From an uncultured Gemmatimonadales bacterium (lineage in GTDB: Bacteria; Gemmatimonadota; Gemmatimonadetes; Gemmatimonadales; GWC2-71-9), in assembly GCA_963842945.1 (NCBI GenBank), contig CAWJIM010000019.1:544001-608000 (forward strand): a DNA stretch of 64,000 nt. The letters are read 5' to 3'. Shown piece by piece: positions 42,238-55,215 of the stretch (position 1 is the first letter of the stretch; each line of letters starts with the position of its first letter). Below the pieces are notes generated by a model. The model made no database searches. It was not told the DNA's origin and saw only the letters and a program-made list of their open reading frames with translations. A program made the position numbers and the translations under genes.

Positions 42238-44296
42238 TCACAATATCCCCCACCAGTCCCGATTCACGTCGAGACTGATCCCCACGTCGCCGCTCCGGAG
42301 ACCCACGCCGACCTCGAGCCGAAGCAGGCCCATGAGCCACTCCGCGGCCAGACCGGCGACCGGCCGGACACCGTCCGTCTCCACGTACGGCAGTCCCTGG
42401 AGGGGGCGCTCCGACCAGCCGGCCGCCAGGAACGGCGCGAGGATCAGATGTCTCCCCGTGCTGGTGAAGGATCCCAGCGGAAGGGCCGGCACCGGCACCT
42501 CCAGCCGCCATTCGGTTTGCGCCACCGCCATGGATCTGCCGCCGTACGCCCGGAAGGGCTCACCCAACAGCGTCCCCCTGCCGCCGAGGGCGAAGCTCCG
42601 GTAGGCGGGGAGCCCACTCGTGCCGGCTCCGGCGTACGCTCGAGTGAGCAGACGGCCGGGACCGGCGCCGGTGAGCCAGCGGCCCTCGGCGGCGGCCCGG
42701 AAGTACGCGTCGCCGCCCTCCCCGTCCCCGTCCCCCGCCTCGAGGGAGAGCCGTCCCTGGAGGTCGCCCTCCACGGCCATGCCGCCACTCGCCCGCTCGA
42801 GCGACGCTCGCACGACGCGGACGGTGCCGGCGCCGAGCGGAGGGTTCGGCCGGTAGGTGCCGTTGGCCGGCGTCGCCTCGACGCCGAGGCTGTGGCTCTC
42901 CTCCACCCCGAGCTGAAGCTCGACCGACGTGCGGCCGTCGAGCCGGTGACGGACGCCCGCGGTCGCCGCATCGAGCAGGACGTAGTCGCCGTAGTCGTCG
43001 CCCGCTTCCTGGGCGAGCAGGGAGTTGAGGATCGGCGAGATCACCGGGAAGTCGGCGAAGTCGCGGATCTGCCGCTCGGCGCCGAGGGAGAGCTGAGTGG
43101 CGCCCGTCCCGGCGAGCAGCGTGAGGCCGCCGGTGACGCGCTCGTCCGAGGTGCCGTAGCCGATCCGCGGCCGGAGACTGAACCGCCCCCCGATGCCGAT
43201 CGTGCCACCGAAGCCGAGCGCGAGGCCCTGCACCCGGTTCACCCGAACGAGGTCGCTCAGCGAGCCGGTCGCGAGCCGGGTCGAGGGAAGGCCGCCCAGG
43301 GCCCGAGCGCCGGCGATTCGCTCGACCTCGACCCGGAGCGCGTCCATGTCCTGTTCGGTTGATCGGCGCGGCGACACCCGCGATCGCGTCCGAGAGCGGC
43401 CGGTCCCAACCCGAGTCGCCGGGCTGGGGTCGCACCAGTCCGCCGATGGCCGGGCCTGCCAGCACCTCCGGCGGAATCTCCACGTTCAGGTCGTAGTCCT
43501 CGATCTCCCAGCGGCCCCGGATGATGCCGCGCGCCGGAAAGTCGAGGAAGCTGGCCCGACGCCGGATCTCGATCTCCTGCCGGTACGGAAGCCACCAGCG
43601 CCCCTCGAAGCGGGCGTTCTCCAGCGCGATGGTGATGTCCTCGAGCTGCCGGTCGAGGTACGCCGACGGGGTGAAGCTGAAGCGGAAGCGGACCAGCTCG
43701 GCGGTCTCGATGTCGATGAACATCGTCCCCACGATGAGGGGACGCTCGAAGGAGCGGGGCCGGACCTGCACCTCGCGCACCGTGACCTCGCCGCCGCCGG
43801 TGCGAATAGTGAGCGAGTCGCCGAGCGCGTAGTCATACAGCGCCAGGCCGGCCCGCGAGAGCGGATGGATCGCGTCGCGCACCTCGTCGCCCTCGCCGAT
43901 CCGGATCACGTCGCCGAAGTTGTTGGTGACGATGCCGAGGTGGTCGCGGTGGTACTCGATGTCGGTCGGAAGGAAGGCGCCGTCGCGCCACCCGAGCACC
44001 ACCTGCTTGCTGTGGTTGGGGGCCTGCCAATACACTTCCACGTCCAGCTCGTCCGCCTTGACCAGCCGGGGCGGCTCGGTCAGCCCCTCGCCGACCTGCG
44101 CCAGGAAAAAAACGAACCCGTGGGCGCGGGTTCGATAGCTCAGCAGCATCGAGTCGGCCTGCACCGCGGCTCGCTGGTCCACCGCCCGGCGCACCAGCGC
44201 GACCGCCTCGGGCGCGTCCCAGCCCTGCGCCGCGAGCGGCGGCGCGCAGGCCGGCAGCAGCGCGCCGATCGCGCGAAGGCACCGCAACACTCTCAC
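42238..44296 (-). CDS. Secreted/outer-membrane protein with C-terminal beta-barrel-like region (frameshift near 43355)
   Basis: Signal peptide ending LAAQ, alternating beta-strand pattern, C-terminal DWWGIL. Confidence 0.65.
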
Positions 44297-44323
44297 CGTG
44301 AACCTCTCACTACCAGGGAGTCG

Positions 44324-44917
44324 ATGGCCGGAATATTCCGGGGGCTCTGGGGACGAGCAAGCTGGCTCTGTCTCGCGGTCGCCGCCTGCGGCGGAGCGCG
44401 CTCGCCGGCCGGCAAGGACAAGACGCCCGCCGCCGAGACCCGGACGATCCCCCTGGCCGAGGCCATCGTGCTGGAGACATCGGGTCCCCCGCCCTCCGAC
44501 ACCGTGGTGACGTTCACGGCCGGCGAGCCCCGCGTCATCGTCGTCCGCCACGGGCCGCCGGAGTCCATCGCCTTCGCCGAGCTCAGCTTCCCCGCCGCGG
44601 CCTTCGCGGAGCGGGGGCGCGAGGTGCGGGTGGAGGTGCGGCCGCGCCCAGGCGTGTACGGGCTGGACGTCGCCACCAGCCTCCCGGTTCGCGACAGCGC
44701 CACCATCGCGTTCAAGTATGCCCGGTACTTCGCCGCCCCGAGCCGGGCGCGCACGGCGTACGGCTCCGACCTCGCCTACGAGCGTGCGCTCGCGGTCGGC
44801 CGGGTGCGGCGGCCTGAAGGCCTGGTGGCCCTGCTCCCCTCGACGCGTCCCTTCCCGGACGTGCTCCAGGCGCCGTTGCCCGCGGCCGGGACCTACCTGG
44901 TGGCGGCGCCACAATGA
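44324..44917 (+). CDS. Hypothetical lipoprotein
   Basis: LAVAACGG lipobox, GGGAG RBS, ATGA overlap with trpE. Confidence 0.65.
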   Translation: MAGIFRGLWGRASWLCLAVAACGGARSPAGKDKTPAAETRTIPLAEAIVLETSGPPPSDTVVTFTAGEPRVIVVRHGPPESIAFAELSFPAAAFAERGREVRVEVRPRPGVYGLDVATSLPVRDSATIAFKYARYFAAPSRARTAYGSDLAYERALAVGRVRRPEGLVALLPSTRPFPDVLQAPLPAAGTYLVAAPQ

Positions 44918-46425
44918 GCCCGGGCTTCGACCGCTTCGTCGAGCAGGCCCGGCTCGCCGGCGGGATCGTGCCGGTGACCCGCCAGGTCGTGCTCGACGGC
45001 GATACCCCGGTGACGGCCTTCACCAAGCTCCACCGCGGACGCTGGGGCTTTCTCCTGGAGTCGCTGGAGGGAGGAGAGCGCTGGGCGCGCTACACCTTCC
45101 TCGCGACCGAGCCCCGGGAGGTGTTCCGCTACCGGGGTCGCGAGTGCGCGCGTTGGACGCCGGGCGACCAGTGGCGCGTGGTCGAGACCGACCTCCCGCC
45201 GCTCGAGCACCTCGGGCGCACCATGCGGCGCCACCCGCCGGTGGTGGTGCCCGGGCTCCCGCGTTTCACCGGTGGCGCGGTGGGCTTCTGGGGCTACGAC
45301 GTCGTCCGCACCATCGAGTCCCTGCCCGACGCCCCGCCCGATGACCGGGATCTGCCCGACGCCATCGTCATGGTGGCGGACACCCTCCTGGTGCTCGACA
45401 ACCTGTTCAATCGCGCCACCGTCATCGCGAGCGTGGAGGTGCCGCCGGCTGCGGAAGAGGACGAGCTGCACCGGCTGTACGCCGGGGCGGAGGCGCGGAT
45501 CGAGCGCTGGCTGGAGCGCCTCGCTTCACCCGGCACGATGCGGCCGCTCGACATCGTCGGGGATCCGCCGCTCCCGCAGGCCGGCTCCCCGTACCCGGAC
45601 GAGCGCTTCCAGCAGGACGTGCGACGGATCAAGGAGTACATCGCCGCGGGCGACACCTTCCAGACGGTGCTGAGCCGCCGTATCGACGTCGCGGCGCCGG
45701 ACCCGTTCCTGAGCTACCGCTATCTCCGGGCGCTCAATCCGGCGCCGTACCTCTACTACCTGCACTGCGACGACATCCACGTCATCGGCAGCTCGCCGGA
45801 GATCCTGGTCCGGGTGGAGGACGGCGAGGTGACCGTGCGTCCGATCGCAGGCACCCGCCCGCGCGGAGCCGACGCCGCACAGGACGTCGCTCTCGCCGAC
45901 GAGCTGACCGCCGACCCCAAGGAGCGGGCCGAGCACCTGATGCTGGTGGACCTCGGCCGGAACGATGTCGGGAGGGTGGCGGAGTTCGGCTCGGTACGGC
46001 TCACGGCCTTCATGACCATCGAGCGGTACTCGCACGTGATGCACCTGGTGAGCGAGGTCCGGGGACGCCTCCGGCCAGAGCTCGACGCGGTCGCCGCGCT
46101 GGCGGCCTGCTTTCCGGCGGGAACGGTGTCGGGGGCGCCCAAGGTGCGTGCGATGCAGATCATCGACGAGCTGGAGCCGGTCCGGCGGGGTCCCTACGCC
46201 GGGGCGGTGGGCTACGTCGGCTGGGGCGCGCGCACGCTCGACACCGCCATCGCCATCCGCACCTGTGTCATCCGCGGAGACCGGGCGTGGGTGCAGGCGG
46301 GGGCGGGAATCGTCGCGGACTCCGATCCGGCCGGGGAGTGGCGGGAGACGGAGGCGAAAGCCCGGGCCGTGCTGCTCGCGCTGGCGTTGGCGGGCAGCGG
46401 AGGAAAAGGGACTATGTCACCCTGA
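44914..46425 (+). CDS. trpE: Anthranilate synthase component I
   Basis: FLLES, ARYTF, NPAPY, SSPE, PIAGTRPRG, EHLMLVDLGRND, GTVSGAPKVRAM and QAGAGIVADS motifs. Confidence 0.93.
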   Translation: MSPGFDRFVEQARLAGGIVPVTRQVVLDGDTPVTAFTKLHRGRWGFLLESLEGGERWARYTFLATEPREVFRYRGRECARWTPGDQWRVVETDLPPLEHLGRTMRRHPPVVVPGLPRFTGGAVGFWGYDVVRTIESLPDAPPDDRDLPDAIVMVADTLLVLDNLFNRATVIASVEVPPAAEEDELHRLYAGAEARIERWLERLASPGTMRPLDIVGDPPLPQAGSPYPDERFQQDVRRIKEYIAAGDTFQTVLSRRIDVAAPDPFLSYRYLRALNPAPYLYYLHCDDIHVIGSSPEILVRVEDGEVTVRPIAGTRPRGADAAQDVALADELTADPKERAEHLMLVDLGRNDVGRVAEFGSVRLTAFMTIERYSHVMHLVSEVRGRLRPELDAVAALAACFPAGTVSGAPKVRAMQIIDELEPVRRGPYAGAVGYVGWGARTLDTAIAIRTCVIRGDRAWVQAGAGIVADSDPAGEWRETEAKARAVLLALALAGSGGKGTMSP

Positions 46426-46470
46426 GCGTAGCGAAGGGGCATGGTCCCCTCACTGCGTTCAGGGTGACAT
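46414..46470. repeat. REP-like palindrome (TGTCACCCTGA family)
   Basis: ATGTCACCCTGA...TCAGGGTGACAT. Contains the trpE stop codon. Confidence 0.85.
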
Positions 46471-46508
46471 CCGACACACCCTCCCCTACCCCCCGCTATT
46501 TTCTCCGC

Positions 46509-48106
46509 ATGCCCACCTTCCGACTCGTCAGCACCGCCGGCGACCAGAGCTTCGAGCTCCCCCCGGGCGGAGTGTGGTCGTCGGACGGGGTGTCGCGACG
46601 GACATCGCCATCTACGACCCCACCATCTCCCGGCGCCACGCCGAGCTGACGGCGCGGGGCGACGCGGTCGAGGTGCGGGACCTCGGCAGCTCCAACGGCA
46701 CCTGCATCAACGGCAGCCGGGTGACCACCGGCCGGCTCACAGTCAACGACTCGGTCACCTTCGGTAAGGTCACCTACAGGATCCAGGGCCGGCCCTCGCT
46801 TCCCGAGCCGGTCTCCCCGGAGCCGAGCGAGCCCTCGGACACCATCGTCCGCAAGCTCATGGTGAGCGCGGGTGGCTCCGCCGGCATCACGAGCCGCGAC
46901 GGGCCGCTCAACCGTGGGCAGCTCCGGGTGGCGGCCGCCACCGCTGAGGAGCGGCAGGCCAAGAAGCTTTCCATGCTGCTCGAGGTGGCTCAGAAGCTCA
47001 CCGGCGAGCTCGAGCTGGACCGGCTGCTCCGCGCGGTGGTGGACATGACGTTCCAGGTCATGGAAGTGGACCGGGTCACCATCCTGCTGCGCCAGGAGGA
47101 CACCGGCGAGCTGGTGCCCACCATCTCCAAGAGCCGCCTGGGCGACACCCAGGTCCAGGCGGTCCCCCGGTCCATCGTGGACAAGGTGGTGGAGGAGCGG
47201 GTGGCGGTGGTGTCCCACAACGCGCCGGCCGACACCCGGTTCAAGGGGCGATCGATCGTGACCCAGAGCGTCCGGAGCGCGATGTGCTCGCCCCTCCTGG
47301 ACGTGAAGGACGAGATCCTCGGCCTCCTGTACGTGGACAACCTGAGTGCGCCCGGCACCTTCAGCGACGAGGACCTCCAGTTCCTCGTGGCCTTCAGCGG
47401 GCTCGCCGCCCTCGGCATCAAGAACAGCCGCTTCGCCGAGCGGATTCGGCGGGAGTCCCTGGTCCGCTCCAACTTCGAGCGCTACTTCGCGCCCAACGTC
47501 GCGGCGGCGATCGCGCGCCAGGACGGCGACATCCGGCTCGGCGGCGAGCGCCGGCCGATCACGATTCTCTTCAGCGACATCCGCGGCTTCACCGCGATCG
47601 CGGAGTCCATGGGACCCGACGCGGTGGCCCAGCTCCTGAGCGAGTATTTCAGCGAGATGGTCGAGGTGATCTTCGAGCACGGCGGCACGCTCGACAAGTT
47701 CATCGGCGACGCCGTGATGGCATTGTGGGGCGCCCCGATCGCCCACAGCGACGACCCCGACCGCGCGCTCGAGGCCGCGGTCGCGATGCAGCGGACGATC
47801 GAGGAGCTCAACCGAAGCTGGCTGGCCTCCGGCCGGCCGGAGATCGGCGTCGGCATCGGGATCAGTCACGGCGAGGTGTTCGCCGGGAACATCGGCAGCC
47901 ACCGGCGGCTCGAGTACACCGTGCTCGGCGATGCCGTGAACGTGGCGGCCCGCCTCTGCGCCGAGGCGGGACCGGGCGAGATCCTGGTGAGTGAGGCCCT
48001 GCTGCGTGTGGTGAAGGCTCCGGTGGATCACGAGTACCTGCCGGAGCTGGGGCTGAAGGGCAAGTCGCAGGTCGTGCAGGTCTACCGGATCAAACAGGCG
48101 CGCTGA
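46509..48106 (+). CDS. FHA-GAF class III adenylate/guanylate cyclase (frameshift near 46570)
   Basis: FHA (VGR...ISRRHA...DLGSSNGT), GAF (SAMCSPL, LYVD) and cyclase (FSDIRGFT, DKFIGDAVM, YTVLGDAVNVAARL). Confidence 0.9.
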
Positions 48107-48674
48107 CGCCGAACTCGTACTTCTCCCCCGCCTCCTCCATCAGTCGAAGGACCAGCCGGATCGGCAAGCCCATCACGCTGAAGAAGTCCCCTTCGATCCG
48201 CTCCACCAGGGCCGCGCCGTAGCCCTGGATCCCGTACGCCCCTGCCTTGTCCATCGGCTCTCCCGTCGCCACGTACGCGCGCAGGAAATCTTCGGACATC
48301 CTGCGGAACCTCACGTTGGTGACGTCCGTCGCCTGGTGGATCCGGCCGCCCGAGGCCAGCGCCACGGAGGTCACCACCTGATGGGTGCGGCCCTGGAGCT
48401 TGCCCAGCATGCGGAGGGCGTCGGCTTCGTCCGCCGGCTTCTCCAGCACCTCGTCCCGCACGATCACGGTCGTGTCCGCGCCCAGGACGAGCCGCCCTCG
48501 CACGCCCAGCGCCTTCTCCCGCGCGAGTCGCTCCACGTAGTCGAGCGGGGTCTCCGCGGGCTGCCGGACCTCTGGAACGTTGGAGGGGACCACTCGAACG
48601 GGGATGCCGAGCATCTCCAGCAGCTGCCGGCGGCGCGGCGAGCCGGAGGCGAGCGTGAGAGGCTCCCGCGTCAT
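48090..48674 (-). CDS. maf: Maf nucleotide pyrophosphatase
   Basis: [20 protein letters not shown] and [10 protein letters not shown] motifs. Confidence 0.93.
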   Translation of the reverse strand: MTREPLTLASGSPRRRQLLEMLGIPVRVVPSNVPEVRQPAETPLDYVERLAREKALGVRGRLVLGADTTVIVRDEVLEKPADEADALRMLGKLQGRTHQVVTSVALASGGRIHQATDVTNVRFRRMSEDFLRAYVATGEPMDKAGAYGIQGYGAALVERIEGDFFSVMGLPIRLVLRLMEEAGEKYEFGVSAPV

Positions 48675-49114
48675 GCGTTCCGCTCGAGGATCAAGGTGAC
48701 CGGCCCGTCGTTATGGATCTCCACCATCATGTGCGCTCCGAACTCCCCGGTCCCCACCTCGAGGCCGCGGTCGCGCAGCGCGGCGACGAACCGCTCGTAC
48801 AGCGGGATCGCCTGCTCCGGCCGCGCCGCGTCCACGAACGAGGGCCGCCTGCCCTTGGCCGCGTCCCCGTAGAGCGTGAATTGGGAGACCACCAGCACGG
48901 CGCCGCCGACTTCATCGAGGCCGAGGTTCATCTTCCCCTCGGAATCGGAGAAAAGACGCAGTCCGGCGACCTTCTCGGCCATCCAATCTACCGTCGCTTC
49001 CGTGTCCCCGTGGGTGAAGCCGACGAGCAGGCAAAAGCCCCGCTCGATGGCTCCGGCGGTCTTGCCCTCGATCGTTACCGACGCTCGCGAGACCCGCTGC
49101 AGCACCACGCGCAT
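48671..49114 (-). CDS. dtd: D-aminoacyl-tRNA deacylase
   Basis: [20 protein letters not shown] and NDGPVT motifs. Confidence 0.96.
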   Translation of the reverse strand: MRVVLQRVSRASVTIEGKTAGAIERGFCLLVGFTHGDTEATVDWMAEKVAGLRLFSDSEGKMNLGLDEVGGAVLVVSQFTLYGDAAKGRRPSFVDAARPEQAIPLYERFVAALRDRGLEVGTGEFGAHMMVEIHNDGPVTLILERNA

Positions 49115-49159
49115 GATGGGGAGTAAATTTCGCTCGTCTCTGGAAGGGCTGATACTCGG

Positions 49160-50017
49160 ATGGTGAAGATAAGCGCGATTCCAGCGGCGCCGCATCGGCC
49201 GGAGCCGCTCTCCTGGCCCGACGACCGTCTCACCGCCGCCTGGCTCGGCCACGCGACGGTGCTGCTGAACTTGTACGGCGTCAGGATCATCACCGATCCG
49301 GTGCTCGAGAGTCGCGTGGGCATCGGCCGCGGACCAGCGAAGCTCGGCCCGCGCCGGCTGGTGCGTCCCGCGCTCCGCGCGCGCGAGCTGCCCCGGCTCG
49401 ATCTCATACTGCTCTCCCATGCCCACATGGACCACACCGACCTGGGCACGCTCTGCTCGCTCCGTCGCGATGTGCCGGTCGTGGTGCAGCGCGGCAATCG
49501 CGACCTCGTGCGCCGGTTCCGCCGCGTCGAAGAGCTGGACTGGGGAGAGTCCGCCGAGATCGCCGGGACGAGAGTCGAGTCGGTGGAAGTCCGACATTGG
49601 GGTGCTCGGATGGTGACCGATCGGCACCGCGGGTACGGCGGGTACCTGTTGACTCGGAACGGCGCCACGGTGCTCTTCGCCGGCGATACCGCCTACACCG
49701 ACGCGTTCGACCGGCTGGGCCGCACGGTGAAGGTGGAGCTCGCCATCCTGCCGATCGGCGCCTACGACCCATGGATCGCCAATCACGCCTCGCCCGAGCA
49801 GGCCTGGCGCATGTTCCAGGGGCTGGGCGCCCGGTACCTCCTGCCGGTGCATCACTCGACGTTCCGGCTCAGCCGCGAGCCGGTGGAGGAGCCGCTGGAG
49901 CGCCTGCGAGCCGCGGCCGGCCGGGAGAGCTGGCGCATCGTATCGCCGGAGATCGGCTCGACCTGGACGGTGCAACGTCCGGATGCCTCGCCGCGGCGCA
50001 ACGGAGCGCCCCGCTGA
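49160..50017 (+). CDS. MBL-fold metallo-hydrolase (RomA/NAPE-PLD-like)
   Basis: [25 protein letters not shown] and LPIGAY motifs. Confidence 0.88.
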   Translation: MVKISAIPAAPHRPEPLSWPDDRLTAAWLGHATVLLNLYGVRIITDPVLESRVGIGRGPAKLGPRRLVRPALRARELPRLDLILLSHAHMDHTDLGTLCSLRRDVPVVVQRGNRDLVRRFRRVEELDWGESAEIAGTRVESVEVRHWGARMVTDRHRGYGGYLLTRNGATVLFAGDTAYTDAFDRLGRTVKVELAILPIGAYDPWIANHASPEQAWRMFQGLGARYLLPVHHSTFRLSREPVEEPLERLRAAAGRESWRIVSPEIGSTWTVQRPDASPRRNGAPR

Positions 50018-50565
50018 CGGGCCCGGTCACCGAGCCCGCGATCGTTCGCCTCCTCGGCGCCCGGGAGGCAGGCGAGCGGATCGCCGAGCTGTCGGCGGTG
50101 TTGATGGACTGCGTCGAGGGCGGGGCGTCGGTCAGCTTCATGGCCCCACTCACCCACGAGCGGGCGGACACCTTCTGGCGCGGAGTCGCGGACGGCGTGG
50201 CCTCGGGCGACCGACTCCTGCTCGTCGCGGAAGATCGCGCGAAGCGGCAGATCGTCGGCACGGTGCAGGTGGTGTTCGCCGGTCCGGAGAATCAGCCGCA
50301 TCGTGGTGACGTCGCGAAGATGCTGGTCCACCGCTCCGCGCGCCGACAGGGACTGGGCGCCCTCCTGATGCGAGCGGCCGAGGAGGCCGCGCTCGCGGCG
50401 GGGCGGACGCTGCTCGTGCTGGACACGGTCACCGGCGGCGAGGCCGAGCGGCTTTATGCCCGACTGGGCTGGACGAGGGTCGGGGTCGTGCCGGACTACG
50501 CGCTCTGGCCCGATGGCCGGCTCTGCGACACGACGTTCTTCTACAAGCGATTGTCGAGAAGTTGA
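50014..50565 (+). CDS. GNAT N-acetyltransferase (start uncertain)
   Basis: [32 protein letters not shown] and LLVLDT motifs. Confidence 0.88.
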   Translation: MTGPVTEPAIVRLLGAREAGERIAELSAVLMDCVEGGASVSFMAPLTHERADTFWRGVADGVASGDRLLLVAEDRAKRQIVGTVQVVFAGPENQPHRGDVAKMLVHRSARRQGLGALLMRAAEEAALAAGRTLLVLDTVTGGEAERLYARLGWTRVGVVPDYALWPDGRLCDTTFFYKRLSRS

Positions 50566-50825
50566 AAGGCCCCCCAGCGAGGGGGGCCGATGCCAAGCAC
50601 GGCGCGGGGAGGCGGCGTTATCGTTTCGCCGGCGACTCCACCATCACCGCCTTGGCGGGTGGCTGACAGGAAGAATATATCGCAGTGGCGGAGTTCCCTT
50701 CGGATCACCACGCGGTAACGACCCTGTGAAGGCCCCCAGCGAACCGGGCCCTCGAACGCTCGAGGGCCCGGCCGGCCAACAGTTGCCAAGCGCGGTGTGG
50801 CGAGGCGGCGTTATCGTTTCGCCGG

Positions 50826-50849
<24 letters not shown>
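50566..50849. repeat. Degenerate direct duplication of the glmS 3' end and downstream region
   Basis: GAGGCGGCGTTATCGTTTCGCCGGC is identical at 50609 and 50802. The flanks are also similar. Confidence 0.8.
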
Positions 50850-52655
<1,806 letters not shown>

Positions 52656-52668
52656 CGCGCCATGTTCC

Positions 52669-54045
52669 TCACTTCAGGAGTTCCCGCCCGGCGGCCACCA
52701 GTGCTTCCGCTTCCGCTTGCGTGGGTGCCTCGGCGATCAGTCGGACGATTGGCTCGGTGCCGGAAGGCCGGATGTGGAGCCAGCGATCCGCCCAGGAGAG
52801 CCGGAGTCCGTCCCGGTCGTCGGTGGCGGCATCGGCAAAGCGCCTCCGCAGCCGCTCGTACAGCGGACCCAGCTGCGACGACCTGGGACCCTTGGCCTTC
52901 ACGATGGTGTAGCGGGGCGACGACTCCACCAGCTGAGATACCGTTACCCCAGACGTGGCAAGGAGATGCAAGATCAAGGCCACCCCCAGCGGTGCATCGC
53001 GTCCGATGTGCAGAGCAGGGTACATCACCCCGCCGTTCCCCTCGCCGCCGATCACCGCGCCGCGCTCCCGTATCGCCCGGGCGACGTTGGCCTCGCCGAC
53101 CGGCGCGCGCTCCAGGGTGGCCCCGACTGCGCGTGCCGCATCCTCAACCACCAAGCTGGTCGAAAGGTTCACGACCACGGTCGGCGGCGCAGCGGGTTTG
53201 CTGCGTCCGTCCAACACCGCGCGGACCGCGAACGCCAGCGTGTAGTCCTCGCCGATCGCCCTGCCGTTCCCATCCACGACCGCCAGGCGGTCCACGTCGG
53301 GGTCCACGGCGAAACCGAGGTCGGCGCCGCTCTCCCGGACCAGCCGGCCGAGGTCGCCGAGATTCTCCGGCACCGGCTCGGGCGCCCGCGGAAAGCGCCC
53401 GTCGGGCTCCAGGTTGATGCCGCTCACCCGGCAGCCGAGCCGCTCGAGCAGGGGCAGGATGGCGACCGCGCCCGCGCCTCGAACGCAGTCGAGCGCAACA
53501 TGGAAGCGCCGGCCGCGGATGGCGGCGACGTCGATCACCGGGAGGCCGAGGACGGCGTCGAGGTGCCGGGACACGGCCTCCGGGTCCTCCCGCAGCTCCC
53601 CGATCCCGTCCCACCCCGCTCGCTCGGGCCCCTGCTCCGCGAGGGCTCGCACCCGCTCGCCCGCGGCCGCGTCGAGAAAGATCCCGTCCGGGCCGACGAA
53701 CTTGAGCGCGTTCCACTCGATAGGGTTGTGACTCGCCGTCAGGATGAGGCCGGCGCCGGCGTGGTGGTGCTCCACCGCGAGCTGCACCGTCGGCGTCGGC
53801 ACGACGCCGAGGTCCACGACGTCCACCCCCACGGACATGAGACCTGCCGCGGCGGCGCGGGCGAACATCGGCCCGCTGGTCCTCGCGTCACGGCCGAGCA
53901 CGACGGCAGGACGGCTCCCGCCGGTCCCCCCCGACCGGGCCCAGGCGCCGAGAGCCGCGGCATGACGCGCCACCAGCTCCGGCGTAAGGTCGGTCCCCAC
54001 GTGTCCCCGCATCCCGGAGACGCTGATCATGAGGGTGTCGGACAT
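52669..54045 (-). CDS. glmM: Phosphoglucosamine mutase
   Basis: TASHNP, DPDVDR and RPSGTEP motifs. Adjacent to glmS. Confidence 0.88.
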   Translation of the reverse strand: MSDTLMISVSGMRGHVGTDLTPELVARHAAALGAWARSGGTGGSRPAVVLGRDARTSGPMFARAAAAGLMSVGVDVVDLGVVPTPTVQLAVEHHHAGAGLILTASHNPIEWNALKFVGPDGIFLDAAAGERVRALAEQGPERAGWDGIGELREDPEAVSRHLDAVLGLPVIDVAAIRGRRFHVALDCVRGAGAVAILPLLERLGCRVSGINLEPDGRFPRAPEPVPENLGDLGRLVRESGADLGFAVDPDVDRLAVVDGNGRAIGEDYTLAFAVRAVLDGRSKPAAPPTVVVNLSTSLVVEDAARAVGATLERAPVGEANVARAIRERGAVIGGEGNGGVMYPALHIGRDAPLGVALILHLLATSGVTVSQLVESSPRYTIVKAKGPRSSQLGPLYERLRRRFADAATDDRDGLRLSWADRWLHIRPSGTEPIVRLIAEAPTQAEAEALVAAGRELLK

Positions 54046-54060
54046 GATGGCGAGTGCCGC

Positions 54061-55107
54061 TCAGCGGCCGATGGGGAGCGGGGTGACGTCGCGAAACGCG
54101 GTGGTGAACGCGTCCACGACCTCGGGATCGAAGTGCGCGCCCGCGCAGCGGTGCAGCTCGTCGAAGGCCTCGGTCGGGGTCCGAGGGAGCCTGTACGCGC
54201 GGCTCGTGGTCATCGCATCGAAGGCATCCACCACCGCGACGATGCGGGCCTCCCGCGGGATCCGGTCGCCGCTGAGACCGTCCGGAAAACCGCACCCGTC
54301 CAGCCGCTCGTGATGGGAGCGCACGATGCGGAGCACCATGGGTGACTCGTTCAGGAAGGGCGACAGGATCTTCTCCCCGAGGGCGGTGTGCTCCTTGACG
54401 TGCTCGAACTCCGCGGGCGTGAGCGCGCCCGGCTTGTTCAGGATGGCCTCGCGGGTGCCGATCTTGCCGATGTCGTGCAGCTCCGCGCCGAGTCGGATGT
54501 ACTCGAGGAGCTCGCCCACGTAGCCGAGGTGCACCGCGGTCTTCTGGGCGTATCGGGCCACCCGCGACGAGTGCCCGCTGGTGTATGCGTCCTTGGCCTC
54601 GAGGGCGTGCACCAGCGTCTGCACGCCGTTGATCAGCGATTCCTTGTTCCGGCGGTCCAGCTCCCGGACCCGGCCCTCGAGGTTCTTCTGGTAGAACCGG
54701 TTCTGGAGCACGAGCTGGCGCTTCTCCAGCGCCTTGTCCACCCGCGCCCGGACCTCCTCCATGACCACCGGCTTCGAGATGTAATCCAGCGCGCCGATCT
54801 GCAGGCACTCGACCGCCGTGGTCACGTCGGCCACGCCGGTGAGCATGATGACGGCCATGTCGGGATACCGCCGGAGGGCTTCCCGCAGGAAGGTGACCCC
54901 GTCCATCTCCGCCATGTGCACGTCGGAGATGCAAAGCGGGATCTCGCCCTCGCGCTCGAGAATGGCGAGAGCCTCCGCGCCGGAGCCCGCTTCGATGGTC
55001 GCGAGGCCGTGGCCCTGGATGACCCGAGTCAGCGCATGGCGCACCGTCCCGTCATCGTCCACGACCAGACAGCGGGCGGTCGCTCCCGCGCTTCCGGGTT
55101 GGTTCAC
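54061..55107 (-). CDS. Response regulator with HD-GYP-type phosphodiesterase domain
   Basis: REC (VVDDD, SDVHM, YISKP), then YTSGHSSRV, LHDIGK and HHERLDGCGFP. Confidence 0.92.
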   Translation of the reverse strand: MNQPGSAGATARCLVVDDDGTVRHALTRVIQGHGLATIEAGSGAEALAILEREGEIPLCISDVHMAEMDGVTFLREALRRYPDMAVIMLTGVADVTTAVECLQIGALDYISKPVVMEEVRARVDKALEKRQLVLQNRFYQKNLEGRVRELDRRNKESLINGVQTLVHALEAKDAYTSGHSSRVARYAQKTAVHLGYVGELLEYIRLGAELHDIGKIGTREAILNKPGALTPAEFEHVKEHTALGEKILSPFLNESPMVLRIVRSHHERLDGCGFPDGLSGDRIPREARIVAVVDAFDAMTTSRAYRLPRTPTEAFDELHRCAGAHFDPEVVDAFTTAFRDVTPLPIGR

Positions 55108-55113
55108 GCCGGG

Positions 55114-55142
55114 AAAGTAAGGCGTCCTCCACGGCGCTTCAA
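55114..55142 (-). promoter_or_regulatory. Sigma70 promoter, probably leaderless
   Basis: TTGAAG-17-TACTTT, 6 nt before the GTG start at 55107. Confidence 0.6.
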
Positions 55143-55215
55143 CCGAGCGGAACGCCTTGCCGCCCCCCTGCGCTGGCCGTTACGCTTCTGCTCTTCCTCC
55201 TTCGGCCGGCCTTCC

